Shown here one piece after another: positions 38,183-49,751 of a stretch of DNA of 64,000 nt; the stretch's first letter is position 1; every line of letters begins with the position of its first letter. The notes beneath the pieces were generated by a model. It made no database searches. It saw only the letters and a list, made by a program, of their open reading frames with translations, and had not been told where the DNA came from. A program made the position numbers and the translations under genes. Source of the DNA: an uncultured Mycoplasma sp. (lineage in GTDB: Bacteria; Bacillota_I; Bacilli_A; RF39; UBA660); contig CANRTI010000004.1 in NCBI GenBank assembly GCA_947642635.1, positions 5,467-69,466 of the forward strand, read 5' to 3'.

Positions 38183-40335
38183 TAATTTATTTCTTTCAAA
38201 CTAAGTGATACTTTTTGTTTATCTTGATTAATTTCTGCCACATAAACATCTATAATATCTCCCACACTTAATAATTCACTAGGATGTTTAATAAATTTAT
38301 CTGCCATTTTCGATATATGAATTAGACCATCATTTTTAATACCAATATCAACAAATGCACCAAAATCAACAACATTTCGAACTGTCCCTTGTAATTTCAT
38401 TCCAACTTTTAAATCTTCTAAGTGTAAAATATCACTTTTTAAAATTGGTTTATCTAACATATCTCGTGGATCACGATGCGGTTTTTCTAAACTAGCAATA
38501 ATATCTTCTAAAGTATAAAAATCAATATTTAATTCTTGGCTAAGAGCATTTTTATCGATATTTTGTAATTTATTTTGCATATTTTCACTCCCAATATCAG
38601 TTAATTGCAAATTTAAATACGCAAGTAATTTTAAGGTATGGGGATAACTTTCTGGATGGATATTTGTAATATCTAAAATATTATCTCCACTTAAAATTCT
38701 TAAGAAACCAATTGCTTGTTCATAAACTTTACTATTTAAGATTTTTTTCTTTAATAATTCTTCACGATTTTTAAATGACCCAAATTGATCACGATACTTA
38801 ATTATTTTATCAATTGTTGTTTTAGTTAAACCAGAAATATACTTTAAAATTGATGGGGATGCAGTATTTAAATTAACACCAACCGAGTTAACTACTTTTT
38901 CCACAATAAAATTTAAACTTTCTTTTAATTTTTTATCAGCAACATCATGTTGATACAGTCCTACCCCGATGCTTTCAGGTTCAATTTTTACTAATTCAGA
39001 TAAAGGGTCTGCAAGTCTTCTGCCAATTGAAATAGCACTTCTTTCTTCGACATGTAAATCCGGAAATTCACTAATAGCCAATTTACTAGCGGAGTAAACT
39101 GATGCTCCAGCTTCATTAACAATAATGTATTCAACTTTTTGAGGGCAAGATTTAATAACATCTGCAATAAAACTCTCAGACTCTCTAGATGCAGTCCCAT
39201 TACCAATAGCAATTACATCTACTTTATATTCTGCGATTAACTTTAAAATCGTTTGTTTACTTTTTTCATATTCATTTTTAGGTTCATGAGGATAAATAAC
39301 AGCTATTTTTAAAGGTTTACCTGTAGCATCTAAAATTGCCAATTTACAACCAGTTCGATAAGCTGGATCAAAACCTAAAATTACTTTCTCTTTTATTGGT
39401 GGTTGCATTAATAATTTTTCTAAATTTTCACTAAAATTATTAATTGCTAAATTCTCGGCTTTTTCTTTTAATTCACTTCTAATCTCTCTTTCGATTGAAG
39501 GAGCAATTAATCTTTTATAACTATCTTTTATTGCACTAATAACTTCTTCGGTTAATTCTTTATTGCTACTATCTTTTATAATTTTACTTTCTAGAAAATC
39601 TAAAATTATTTTTTCAGAAATATCAATATTAACATTTAATATACCTTCTTTTTCTCCCCGATTAATAGCTAAAACTCGGTATAATTTAATATTTTTAATA
39701 TTTTCTTGAAAATCATAATACATTTCATATGTTTTTAATTCATCTATAACATTCTTTTTAATTTTACTAGTTAATATACCATTTTGATAAGTTAAATATC
39801 TTATTTGTTTACGATAATAAGCATTATCACTAATCCATTCTGCAATAATATATTTAGCACCCATTAAAGCATCTTCCGTAGTTTTAACTTTATCATTTAA
39901 ATATTTACTCAATAAATCTTGTAAAGAACCATTTATTTTAAAACTCATAATGATTTTGGCTAAAGGTTCTAATCCATTATTAATCGCATCAGTTGCTTTA
40001 GTCTTTTTCTTCTCTTTAAAAGGACGATAGATATCTTCTATTTCTACTAATTTTGTAGCTGCCATAATTTTACTAGTCAACTCTTCTGTTAATAAACCTT
40101 TTTCAGCAATTAATCTTTGAACTTCTTCTTTTCTTTTTTCTAAATTGACTTGATAACTATATTCCACTTCAATTTCTCTAATTTGGGTTTCATCTAAATT
40201 ATTAGTCACTTCTTTACGATACCTTGCAATAAAAGGAATTGTATTGCCATCTTTTAATAATTCTAATGTGTTTTTAACACTCTTTATACTAACATTTAAT
40301 TTTTTACTTAAATTATTAATTATTTCTTCATTCAT
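38182..40335 (-). CDS. tex: transcription accessory protein Tex (YqgF/RNase H-like, HhH, S1 domains)
   Basis: Size and domain order match Tex, with a C-terminal S1 domain. Confidence 0.85.
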   Translation of the reverse strand: MNEEIINNLSKKLNVSIKSVKNTLELLKDGNTIPFIARYRKEVTNNLDETQIREIEVEYSYQVNLEKRKEEVQRLIAEKGLLTEELTSKIMAATKLVEIEDIYRPFKEKKKTKATDAINNGLEPLAKIIMSFKINGSLQDLLSKYLNDKVKTTEDALMGAKYIIAEWISDNAYYRKQIRYLTYQNGILTSKIKKNVIDELKTYEMYYDFQENIKNIKLYRVLAINRGEKEGILNVNIDISEKIILDFLESKIIKDSSNKELTEEVISAIKDSYKRLIAPSIEREIRSELKEKAENLAINNFSENLEKLLMQPPIKEKVILGFDPAYRTGCKLAILDATGKPLKIAVIYPHEPKNEYEKSKQTILKLIAEYKVDVIAIGNGTASRESESFIADVIKSCPQKVEYIIVNEAGASVYSASKLAISEFPDLHVEERSAISIGRRLADPLSELVKIEPESIGVGLYQHDVADKKLKESLNFIVEKVVNSVGVNLNTASPSILKYISGLTKTTIDKIIKYRDQFGSFKNREELLKKKILNSKVYEQAIGFLRILSGDNILDITNIHPESYPHTLKLLAYLNLQLTDIGSENMQNKLQNIDKNALSQELNIDFYTLEDIIASLEKPHRDPRDMLDKPILKSDILHLEDLKVGMKLQGTVRNVVDFGAFVDIGIKNDGLIHISKMADKFIKHPSELLSVGDIIDVYVAEINQDKQKVSLSLKEIN

Positions 40336-42520
40336 TTATTATACTCTCTACCTTTTCTATTAATTTAATTGTTTCTTCATAATTTTCTTCTAATAATTCA
40401 ATCCGAAAATTAGTAACACCTATCTTTTTTAAAACATTTATTTTATCTAACCAGTTAATTTTTTGCGAATCTAAAATAACTGTACTATTTGTTTCGGGAT
40501 AATTTTCTAATTTATATAAAGCATTGTTCCGATCTTTTAAATGATAATTATAATCAGCTGCAACATTTGTTTTTTTAATAATTTTATTTAAAGGCCATTT
40601 TTTCATTAACATTAACTCAATATTGCCATAAATCAATACTTCAACATTTATATTATTACATTGTTTCATCATATCTTGAATATTTTCTATAGTATTTTCA
40701 GGTGATAACATTATAGATTTTGCATAGTTACTTAAATAATCTAAACTATAATGGTTAGTAACATTTAGAAAATAATCAGCCATCATATGAGGATATTTAT
40801 CTAAACTCGCATAATCGGTTATTAATAAATTTTTATAAGGATAAAAATGGTTTAGATTATCTCTTGTGGTACGATAAATAAAGTTATCTTCCATTAATTC
40901 TTTGTTAATAACAATGATGTTTTCCACACCTTTTTCTTTTAGTGCTTTAATTTGTTCTTTATTTCTTGCCAGAACATTTAAAGAATTGGTGATAGGCATT
41001 TTTTTATTTTTATAAGAGAACTCTTGTTCAACATATTTAACTTTCTTGTTTTCCCGGATATCTTTTAAATTATTTAATACTTCTCTTCGTAAATTATTTA
41101 AAACTCCAATAGGGATAAATATATTATCATCCATATTAATTACAATATTAGTTATTGTAAATGGAGTGTTACCAGTTTTTTTCATAACTTCTGTTATTCT
41201 TTCTTTTAACAATGGTGCTTTATTTGCTTTACTTACTAAATAATCTTTTTCTAAAATTATTTGGTTAACATTATCACTTACTTGGATTTTTAATTTTTGA
41301 TTAATTTTAGCAAACACTTCCACTTTAATAGGTATCTTTTTGGTAACATATTGTTTCCTTTCAACTAAAGGATTTGTTAAAACAATTTCATCTAATGTAT
41401 TTAATCCTAAAAAATTATCTAAATAAATATCGGTATTTTTTAACCCTTTATTTATTAAATTATGATTTTTATCATACATAAAATTAATTGTTAAACCAAG
41501 ATTACTTTCTTTAAAACGGATACCTTCAAATTGATGTAAATCCTTAATCAAATGGATTTTTATATATTTTTTGGTAACACCAGTTACTCTTCCAAGCTTG
41601 ATTCCTTGGTGATTTGGAGCTTTAAAGTTCATGATATTATCATCATTAAACAAAAAACCACTTGTGTATTCCCGATTAAAAATAGCTTGTAATAATTCAA
41701 AATCTTGCATATCAACTTGCAAGGGCTGATTTTTTTCAAATTGGTCAATTAACCCTCTATAAATTTTAGTGACAATTCCTAAATAATCGGGTGATTTCAT
41801 GCGTCCTTCAATTTTAAAACTTTTAATATTACAAGTCATTAGTTTTTCAAAATTAGAAATTGAACAAATATCTTTAGGACTTAATAAATACTTGCCATCC
41901 GTTTGACATTTGACAGAGTTTTCGTAAAGTTCATAAGGAAGGCGACATAAGCCAGCACACTCCCCACGGTTACCACTTCTATTTAAAACACGACTAGAAA
42001 ATAAACATTGACCACTGTAAGATACACAAAGTGAGCCATGAATAAATACCTCTTTTTCTAATTTTGTATCGATATTGTTAATATAATCTAGAGGTAATTC
42101 TCTTGCAAATACTATTCGTTTAATTCCTAATTTTTGTAAAAAATTAATGCTTTCTTCGGAATGATTATGCATTTGTGTTGATGCATGAATTTCCATATTT
42201 GGCAGTGTTTGATGGACTAAATTAATAAACCCTACATCTTGCATAATTAAAGCATCTACACCCATTTTGTGTAAACATTTGACATAGTTTAACGCTTCAA
42301 CAATCTCTTTTTCGTAAAGTAGCGTGTTAACTGTTACATAAATTTTAACACCATATAAATGACATAATTTGGTGGCATTTTCTAATTCGGGAAGTGTAAA
42401 GTTATTGGCATAGGCCCTAGCGCCAAATTTTTTACCACCTAAGTAGACAGCATCCGCTCCATTATTAATCGCTGCTACTAAACTTTCATAACTACCAACT
42501 GGTACTAAAAGTTCATGCAT
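40328..42520 (-). CDS. peptidase U32 family protein (collagenase-like, extended)
   Basis: U32 N-terminal signature PVGSYESLVAAINNGADAVYLGG and C..C motifs. Confidence 0.75.
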   Translation of the reverse strand: MHELLVPVGSYESLVAAINNGADAVYLGGKKFGARAYANNFTLPELENATKLCHLYGVKIYVTVNTLLYEKEIVEALNYVKCLHKMGVDALIMQDVGFINLVHQTLPNMEIHASTQMHNHSEESINFLQKLGIKRIVFARELPLDYINNIDTKLEKEVFIHGSLCVSYSGQCLFSSRVLNRSGNRGECAGLCRLPYELYENSVKCQTDGKYLLSPKDICSISNFEKLMTCNIKSFKIEGRMKSPDYLGIVTKIYRGLIDQFEKNQPLQVDMQDFELLQAIFNREYTSGFLFNDDNIMNFKAPNHQGIKLGRVTGVTKKYIKIHLIKDLHQFEGIRFKESNLGLTINFMYDKNHNLINKGLKNTDIYLDNFLGLNTLDEIVLTNPLVERKQYVTKKIPIKVEVFAKINQKLKIQVSDNVNQIILEKDYLVSKANKAPLLKERITEVMKKTGNTPFTITNIVINMDDNIFIPIGVLNNLRREVLNNLKDIRENKKVKYVEQEFSYKNKKMPITNSLNVLARNKEQIKALKEKGVENIIVINKELMEDNFIYRTTRDNLNHFYPYKNLLITDYASLDKYPHMMADYFLNVTNHYSLDYLSNYAKSIMLSPENTIENIQDMMKQCNNINVEVLIYGNIELMLMKKWPLNKIIKKTNVAADYNYHLKDRNNALYKLENYPETNSTVILDSQKINWLDKINVLKKIGVTNFRIELLEENYEETIKLIEKVESIINE

Positions 42521-43364
42521 TTTCTACTCGTCCTGTTATACCACATGATAAAAATAATTCACTATTTTCAATTGGTAAACATAAATCGTCAACTAAAATT
42601 TTATGATGTTTAAAGTTTATTTTTAAAATATTTTCTAAACTTACTTTTGGTAAATTTGTAGAATAAGTATTAATGATGAAAAATAAGAAATCATCACTAA
42701 GTATTTGTTGGCATAATTTAATTAATTCTTCTAAATCTTTTTCTAAAGACCAAACTTCACCATTAGCTCCTCTTCCATAACTAGGAGGATCCATTATTAT
42801 CGCATCATATTTATTTCCACGGCGAATTTCTCTTTTAACAAATTTAAAAACATCATCAACTAAGTAACGGACTGGTTTATTTTCTAATTTATTTAAATTA
42901 GCATTTTCTTTTGCCCATTCCACCATACCTTTGGAAGAGTCAACATGTGTTACGTGCGCTCCAGCACTAAGGCAGGCTATAGTTGCAGCACCCGTATAAG
43001 CAAATAAATTTAAAACTTTAATATCTTTTTCACTACTCTTAATTTTAGATATGGCAAAATCCCAATTACTAGCTTGTTCAGGAAATAAACCAGTATGCTT
43101 AAAGCCCATTTCTTTTAAGAGAAATTTTAAATCTTTGTACTGAACAGTCCAACTTTTGGGAATGTTTAATTTATTTTCCCAATAACCGCCACCAGTGTTA
43201 CTCCGGTGATAAATACCATTTATTTTATATTCTGAAAAATCGCCCATGTCCCAAGTAATAACAGGGTCTGGTCTTAATAAAGTAATATTTTTCCATTTTT
43301 CTAGTTTCATACCTTTACTAGTTTTTAATATTTTATAATCTTGCCAATCACTACTTACTAACAT
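42513..43364 (-). CDS. class I SAM-dependent (rRNA) methyltransferase, RlmI/YwbD-like core
   Basis: SAM-binding motif FAYTGAATIA and a DPPSY catalytic-like motif. Confidence 0.6.
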   Translation of the reverse strand: MLVSSDWQDYKILKTSKGMKLEKWKNITLLRPDPVITWDMGDFSEYKINGIYHRSNTGGGYWENKLNIPKSWTVQYKDLKFLLKEMGFKHTGLFPEQASNWDFAISKIKSSEKDIKVLNLFAYTGAATIACLSAGAHVTHVDSSKGMVEWAKENANLNKLENKPVRYLVDDVFKFVKREIRRGNKYDAIIMDPPSYGRGANGEVWSLEKDLEELIKLCQQILSDDFLFFIINTYSTNLPKVSLENILKINFKHHKILVDDLCLPIENSELFLSCGITGRVENA

Positions 43365-43434
43365 AACTTTTCTCCTACAAATAATTATACTATGTATAAG
43401 TTTTTTTGGCTAGAATGAAAATAATTTAATTACT

Positions 43435-44325
43435 TTAATTAACTATTTTAGAAATATTACTAACGGCATTTATGGCATCACTAGCAGCTGTCACTAATTG
43501 ATAAATATCTTTTTTTACTGCATCCCCAATTGCATATATACCTTTAATATCAGTTTCAAATTTTGAGTTTATTTTAATATATCCTTGTTCATCAACAATA
43601 TCTAATTCATTAAATATTTCAGTATTTGGCCGATAACCAATATAGATGAAAACACCTGCAACATTTAATTTTGTGTTATTGTCTAAAATAATACTTTCTA
43701 TTTTACCAGCATTTTCATTATACTCAGCAATATTTACATTACATATAATCTCTATTTTAGGATTATTCTTAACTTTATCTAATAATATTGGCTCACCCTT
43801 AAATGTATCTTTACGATTTAGAAGATAAATCTTTTCACAAATTTTGGCTAAATATAATGATTCTTGTAATGCACTACTTCCACTTCCAACTACTGCTATG
43901 GGTTTATCTTTATAAAAGGCCCCATCACATGTAGCGCAAGTACTAATTCCTCGACCTAACAAATCTTTTTCATTGTCTAGTCCTAAATACTTTGGTTTAC
44001 TACCTGTTGCAATAATTATATTCTTCGTAATATATTCACCTTTATTAGTAAGAACTTTCTTCGTTTCTTTTTCTACTTCCAATTTAGTAACTTCTTCAAA
44101 TTTATAAGGGATTTCCAAATCTTTTACTTGCTCAAATAATTTATTAGAAAAATCAGCACCTTTTACATTCATTAATCCTGGATAATTACTTATTTGCTCT
44201 ATGTTATTTAACATTCCTCCAGGCATTCCTTTATCAATTAATAAAACATTTAAATTTCCTCTTTTGGCATAAATTCCTGCCGTAATACCACCAATTCCCA
44301 TACCAATTATAATTAAATCATACAT
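43435..44325 (-). CDS. trxB: thioredoxin-disulfide reductase-like FAD/NAD(P) oxidoreductase
   Basis: GxGxxG FAD motif and CATC redox-active disulfide. Confidence 0.75.
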   Translation of the reverse strand: MYDLIIIGMGIGGITAGIYAKRGNLNVLLIDKGMPGGMLNNIEQISNYPGLMNVKGADFSNKLFEQVKDLEIPYKFEEVTKLEVEKETKKVLTNKGEYITKNIIIATGSKPKYLGLDNEKDLLGRGISTCATCDGAFYKDKPIAVVGSGSSALQESLYLAKICEKIYLLNRKDTFKGEPILLDKVKNNPKIEIICNVNIAEYNENAGKIESIILDNNTKLNVAGVFIYIGYRPNTEIFNELDIVDEQGYIKINSKFETDIKGIYAIGDAVKKDIYQLVTAASDAINAVSNISKIVN

Positions 44326-44357
44326 ATAAATCCTCCTTTATTATTATACTCCCAATT

Positions 44358-45158
44358 TTATTCTTCATTATATAAATCTTCAAAACGACTCTTCCGGCAC
44401 AAAATAATAAATATTATTAAACCACCAATAAATGAAAATATCGAAAATAATTGTGCGGCTTTAAAGCCACCAAGCATCAATGAGTCTGTTCGTAGTGCTT
44501 CAATAAAGAAACGCCCAACAGAGTAATACATTAAATAAATGCAAGTAAGTTGGCCTCTTTTTAAATAACGATACCTTCTTATAAAAAGTAAAATAATAAA
44601 ACCAATTAAACAATAAATACTTTCATAAAAAAATGTTGGATGATAATAATTATTACCAATTTTCATCCCCTCAATTATTTTTTCAGGAATATGTAATTCT
44701 TTTAAATGAAAATAAGTAGTTGCTGGTCCATGAGCTTCCCCATTAAAGAAATTTCCCCATCTGCCAATAGATTGCGCTAGTAAAAGTGGAACGACAATCA
44801 TATCGGTAATTTTGGCAGCTTTATAATTAGATTTTTTAGTATATAATATAATAGTAATTAAACCACCAATAATACCACCATGTATTGCTAAACCGCCTTC
44901 CCAGATTTTAAAAATATCAAGAATATTATTTTTATACATTGAAAAATTAAATAGACAATAATAAATCCGAGCAGAAATAATTCCTACAACTACTACCCAG
45001 AAAGCTAAATTAAATGTAAATTCTTTGGAAATATTAAAACGTTTACCTTCTTTAATAAATAAAATCATCGCAAAAATTATTCCAATTAGAAGCATTACAG
45101 AATACCATCTAACTTCAAAACCAAACAAATTAAATAAAATTGGATTCATTTTGGTCAC
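44358..45158 (-). CDS. lgt: prolipoprotein diacylglyceryl transferase
   Basis: Lgt signature sequence and seven TM segments. Confidence 0.85.
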   Translation of the reverse strand: MTKMNPILFNLFGFEVRWYSVMLLIGIIFAMILFIKEGKRFNISKEFTFNLAFWVVVVGIISARIYYCLFNFSMYKNNILDIFKIWEGGLAIHGGIIGGLITIILYTKKSNYKAAKITDMIVVPLLLAQSIGRWGNFFNGEAHGPATTYFHLKELHIPEKIIEGMKIGNNYYHPTFFYESIYCLIGFIILLFIRRYRYLKRGQLTCIYLMYYSVGRFFIEALRTDSLMLGGFKAAQLFSIFSFIGGLIIFIILCRKSRFEDLYNEE

Positions 45159-45250
45159 TCCTATCTTAAATTACTAATAACTTAATAGTATTTATGTAAT
45201 TATTTTACTATATTTATTTTAAAAAATATAGTATTTAAAAAAGAGAAACA

Positions 45251-48067
45251 TTATTTTTCTCTTTCAAAAATTCTTTTTAAGAAAATTCCAGTATACGATT
45301 CTTTTACTTTACTAACTTCTTCAGGAGTGCCAGTAGCTACAATACTGCCACCATATTTTCCACCTTCGGGACCTAAATCAATGACATAATCTGCTTGTTT
45401 TATGACATCTAAATTATGCTCAATAACAATTACTGTATCACCATTATCAACTATCCGATTTAAAACTTCTAAAAGTTTTTTAATATCAGCTGAATGTAAT
45501 CCCGTTGTGGGCTCATCTAAGATAAAAATAGATTTTCCTGTTGCCTTTTTTTGTAATTCTTTTGCAAGTTTAACCCGACCTGCTTCGCCACCACTTAGTG
45601 TAGGTGCTCCTTGTCCTAGTTTAACATAATCAATTCCTACATCTTGCATAACTTGCAATTTATCATGAACTTTAGGAACGTTTTCAAAAAATGGTAATGC
45701 TTCACTAACACGCATATTTAAAATATCGGCAATACTCTTCTCTTTAAATTTAACATCTAAGGTTTCTCTATTATATCTTTTTCCACCACAGACATCGCAA
45801 GGAACATATACATCAGGAAGAAAATGCATTTCAATTTTTTTAACTCCATCGCCATAGCAAGCTTCACACCGGCCACCTTTAACATTAAATGAAAAACGCC
45901 CTTTATCATAACCTCTAATTTTAGATTCTTTCATATTAGCAAATACATCGCGAATATCATCAAATACCCCAACATATGTTGCAGGATTACTTCTTGGAGT
46001 TCTACCTATTGCATCTTGACTAATATTAACAACTTTATCAACATGCTCAATTCCTTTAATACTCTTACATTTTCCTGGAATATCTTTTGATTTGTAAAAC
46101 TCTCGATGTAATGATTTATATAATATTTCATTAACAAGAGTTGATTTTCCAGAACCCGATACACCTGTTACAACAACAAATTTATTTAATGGAAATTTAA
46201 CATTAATATTTTTTAAATTGTTTTCTGAAGCTCCTTTTACTTCTAAAAACAAACCATTTCCTTTGCGATGTTTTTTAGGTATTTCAATTCTTTCTTTTAA
46301 AGATAAGAAGCGACCTGTAATACTTTTATCATCTTGCATAACTTCTTTAGGAGTACCATGAGATACAATATAACCCCCAGCATCTCCTGCCCCGGGTCCA
46401 ACATCTACTAAATAATCAGCCGCTAACATTGTATCTGTATCATGCTCGACAACAATTAATGTGTTTCCTAAATCACGCATTTCTTTTAAAGAATTGATTA
46501 ATTTTTCATTATCTCTTTGATGTAATCCAATAGATGGTTCATCAAGAACATATAATACTCCTGATAATCGACTACCAATTTGAGTTGCTAATCTAATTCT
46601 TTGGGCTTCTCCACCGCTTAATGTAGCCGCACTTCTTGCCAGTGTTAAATAATTCAAACTAACATTTTTTAAGAAATTTAATCTTGATAAAATCTCTTTT
46701 AATAATAATTTACTTATTTCTTGTTCTTCATTATTAAGTTTTAAATTATTAATAAAATCAAATAGCTCATCGATAGCCATCAAAGTCATATCATAAATAC
46801 TCTTTTTATTAATTTTAACTGCTTCTATTTCACTTTTTAATCTCGTACCATGACATTTATTACAAGTAGACTCTACCATAAAACCGGAAATCCACTCTCT
46901 AATCCAAGAACTATTTGTTTCCATATAACGACGTTCTAAATTATTAATAATACCTTCATAAGTAGATTTGGTATCTCTAGTACTTCCATTTTTAGCAACA
47001 TAGTGAAAGTCCATAATATCATTAGTACCATACAAAATAATATCTAAATCTTTTTTACTCATTTCTTTTATAGGAATATCTAAATTTATATTATAATGAT
47101 CTGCTACAGTTTTCAAACTACTTAAATACATATTATTATCTAAATTAATAGCTACAATAGCGCCATTATTAATACTTTTATTTTTATCTGGTATTAATAA
47201 ATCTTCACTAATTTTTAATTTAGTTCCTAATCCTTTGCAATCTTCACAAGCTCCATATGGCGAATTAAAAGAAAACATACGTGGCTCTAATTCAGTAATT
47301 GAAAAATTACAATAAGGACAAGCATAATTTTCACTCATCAATATATCTTCTGTATCATTAACTCGGATAATTACTAAGCCATTTGCCATTTTAGTACTAG
47401 CTTCAATTGCTTCAAATATTCGGCTTCGCTCATCAAGACTAACAGGTAATTTATCAACTAAAACTAAAATATCATCTTTTTTATTTTTTTCTAAAACAAT
47501 GTCTTCACTACCATTATACATCACACCATTAACTTTGATTTTAGTAAATCCTTTACTTCTTAAATCTTCTATTAATTCTTTGTGAGTTCCTTTTTCGCCC
47601 CGCACTATTGGACTATAAACTTCAATTTTAGTTCCACTTTCTAAATTTAAAACTTTATTAGTCATCTCTTCAATACTTTGACTTTTAATAGGAATTTTAT
47701 GGGTAGGACAATAAGGAATACCTATTCGCGCAAATAATAGCCGTAAGTAATCATATAATTCGGTAATTGTTCCCACAGTAGAACGAGGATTCTTATTAGT
47801 AGTTTTTTGATCAATTGATATACTAGGTGATAATCCTTCAATCGAATCTACATCTGGTTTCTCACTATTTCCAATAAATTGCCGTGCATAAGCTGATAAA
47901 CTTTCAACATATCTTCTTTCCCCTTCAGCATAGATTGTATCAAAAGCTAGGCTACTTTTACCACTACCTGAAACTCCTGTCATGACTATTAATTTATTTT
48001 TGGGTAATTCTAAGTCAATATTTTTTAAGTTATTTTCTCTTGCACCACGTATAACAATTTTATCCAT
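45251..48067 (-). CDS. uvrA: excinuclease ABC subunit A
   Basis: Tandem ABC ATPase domains with zinc fingers. Likely start is MDKIVIRG; the ORF track adds 19 codons upstream. Confidence 0.9.
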   Translation of the reverse strand: MDKIVIRGARENNLKNIDLELPKNKLIVMTGVSGSGKSSLAFDTIYAEGERRYVESLSAYARQFIGNSEKPDVDSIEGLSPSISIDQKTTNKNPRSTVGTITELYDYLRLLFARIGIPYCPTHKIPIKSQSIEEMTNKVLNLESGTKIEVYSPIVRGEKGTHKELIEDLRSKGFTKIKVNGVMYNGSEDIVLEKNKKDDILVLVDKLPVSLDERSRIFEAIEASTKMANGLVIIRVNDTEDILMSENYACPYCNFSITELEPRMFSFNSPYGACEDCKGLGTKLKISEDLLIPDKNKSINNGAIVAINLDNNMYLSSLKTVADHYNINLDIPIKEMSKKDLDIILYGTNDIMDFHYVAKNGSTRDTKSTYEGIINNLERRYMETNSSWIREWISGFMVESTCNKCHGTRLKSEIEAVKINKKSIYDMTLMAIDELFDFINNLKLNNEEQEISKLLLKEILSRLNFLKNVSLNYLTLARSAATLSGGEAQRIRLATQIGSRLSGVLYVLDEPSIGLHQRDNEKLINSLKEMRDLGNTLIVVEHDTDTMLAADYLVDVGPGAGDAGGYIVSHGTPKEVMQDDKSITGRFLSLKERIEIPKKHRKGNGLFLEVKGASENNLKNINVKFPLNKFVVVTGVSGSGKSTLVNEILYKSLHREFYKSKDIPGKCKSIKGIEHVDKVVNISQDAIGRTPRSNPATYVGVFDDIRDVFANMKESKIRGYDKGRFSFNVKGGRCEACYGDGVKKIEMHFLPDVYVPCDVCGGKRYNRETLDVKFKEKSIADILNMRVSEALPFFENVPKVHDKLQVMQDVGIDYVKLGQGAPTLSGGEAGRVKLAKELQKKATGKSIFILDEPTTGLHSADIKKLLEVLNRIVDNGDTVIVIEHNLDVIKQADYVIDLGPEGGKYGGSIVATGTPEEVSKVKESYTGIFLKRIFEREK

Positions 48068-48271
48068 TATTCCACCAACATTTCTAAATATATAATATAA
48101 AATCAAGCAATCATAATATACCAAACAATTGTATGTAAGTCAAGTTTAATTATAAAAAAAGGCATTAATTAAAACGCCTTTTTCCGTAGAGTCAACCTCT
48201 ACTTTATTATTATAACCTTTTTCAAGATTATTATACTTTATTTTTAGAAAATTTGTTATAATGATTAAAAG

Positions 48272-48979
48272 GTGATAATAGTGAAAAAATTAATGTTAAT
48301 AATAATTGTTCTTTTAATAATTGGACTTACTAGTTTTAGTATTTATTACATGAATGAGAATTTAGAAAAAAAACCAACTAATAACACAAACAAAAATCAA
48401 GAGCCAGTTTTAGAAGATGAAGATGAATTTATTGATAATAATCCTATTGTTCTTGGTTTATATAAATATTATGGTAAAGCTAAAAATCGGGAATTAATTC
48501 AAGAATATGTTGCTCCTTGGGAATATCATAAAGATATTTCTTCTTTCGAAGTATTTTATACGAATGATTTAGAAATTAATAATAAATGGTTACCAACAAC
48601 ATTTGATGAATATAAAAATAATTATGAAGATGTTGATAATTATCGAATTGGATATATTATTGAGTTTTCTACTATAAATGAAAATATAAAGAAAACTATT
48701 TTAACACCTAAAGATACTGAAGATTTCTTTAAATATTTAGAAGTTTATTTATATGATGATTATCATCGTCAAAATGGTGTTTGGTATAGTCATACAACTG
48801 AAAACGAATTTAAGGAAGAAACATTATTAACATCAATAAAACTAACTGCTGGAACAAATATTGCAGAAATAAATTCGGATATTAAAGTGTTTGTTTTTAC
48901 ATATGATAATGATGACTTTGATCAAAATAATAATTATAGAGGAAAAAGTATATATAATATTGTAGTTAAAAGAAGTTAA
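48272..48979 (+). CDS. hypothetical membrane-anchored protein
   Basis: ORF with an N-terminal TM segment. Confidence 0.4.
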   Translation: MIIVKKLMLIIIVLLIIGLTSFSIYYMNENLEKKPTNNTNKNQEPVLEDEDEFIDNNPIVLGLYKYYGKAKNRELIQEYVAPWEYHKDISSFEVFYTNDLEINNKWLPTTFDEYKNNYEDVDNYRIGYIIEFSTINENIKKTILTPKDTEDFFKYLEVYLYDDYHRQNGVWYSHTTENEFKEETLLTSIKLTAGTNIAEINSDIKVFVFTYDNDDFDQNNNYRGKSIYNIVVKRS

Positions 48980-48983
48980 AATT

Positions 48984-49676
48984 TTATAATTCTTTTAAAA
49001 TATCGAACATAACATTAGCAATTATTTGACTGCTTTCTTTTACAAATTGTTCATAAGTTATGGCATTATGATTATTTGGAACATCTGAAATACTGCGAAT
49101 AACTAAAAATGGTATTTGACTTAAAAAACATACTTGGGCAATACTTGCCCCTTCCATTTCAACACATAAAGCATTAAATTTATCTTTTATTTTATTACTC
49201 TTCTTAGTTTCAGTACAAAAAATATCTCCAGAGGCGATAGTGCCCCGATAAAAGTTTAGATTTCCTTGTTTTTTTAAAATATTGTTAGCAATATTTAACA
49301 AAAATGTATCTGCTTCTATAAATTGTCCGACATTGGGAATGTAACCTTTTTCATGTTCAAAAACAGTAATATCAAAATCATGTTGAACTAACTTTTCGCC
49401 TAAAACAATATCCCCAATCAATAATTTTGAAGATAAGCCACCAGCAACACCAATATTAAAAACACAATCAATTTTAAAATTATCAATTAATATTTGGGTA
49501 GTTCTTGCAGCATTTACTTTACCAATACCACTTAAAACAATAATACATTCTAAATTATTGAAATTCCCTTCAAAAAAATGCAAATCAAAAAGATTATATT
49601 CTTTAGTTATTTTTAAAATATTTTTTAGAGCCCCTAATTCTTCATCAACTGCAACAATGATACCAATTTTTTGCAT
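48984..49676 (-). CDS. mtnN: 5'-methylthioadenosine/S-adenosylhomocysteine nucleosidase
   Basis: PNP_UDP_1 family sequence with VEMEGASIAQV motif. Confidence 0.85.
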   Translation of the reverse strand: MQKIGIIVAVDEELGALKNILKITKEYNLFDLHFFEGNFNNLECIIVLSGIGKVNAARTTQILIDNFKIDCVFNIGVAGGLSSKLLIGDIVLGEKLVQHDFDITVFEHEKGYIPNVGQFIEADTFLLNIANNILKKQGNLNFYRGTIASGDIFCTETKKSNKIKDKFNALCVEMEGASIAQVCFLSQIPFLVIRSISDVPNNHNAITYEQFVKESSQIIANVMFDILKEL

Positions 49677-49751
49677 ATTCTCACCTAAAAAGTATTATAA
49701 CAAATTACTTAATTAATTTAAATAAAAAAACGAGAACCTTAATTCTCGTAT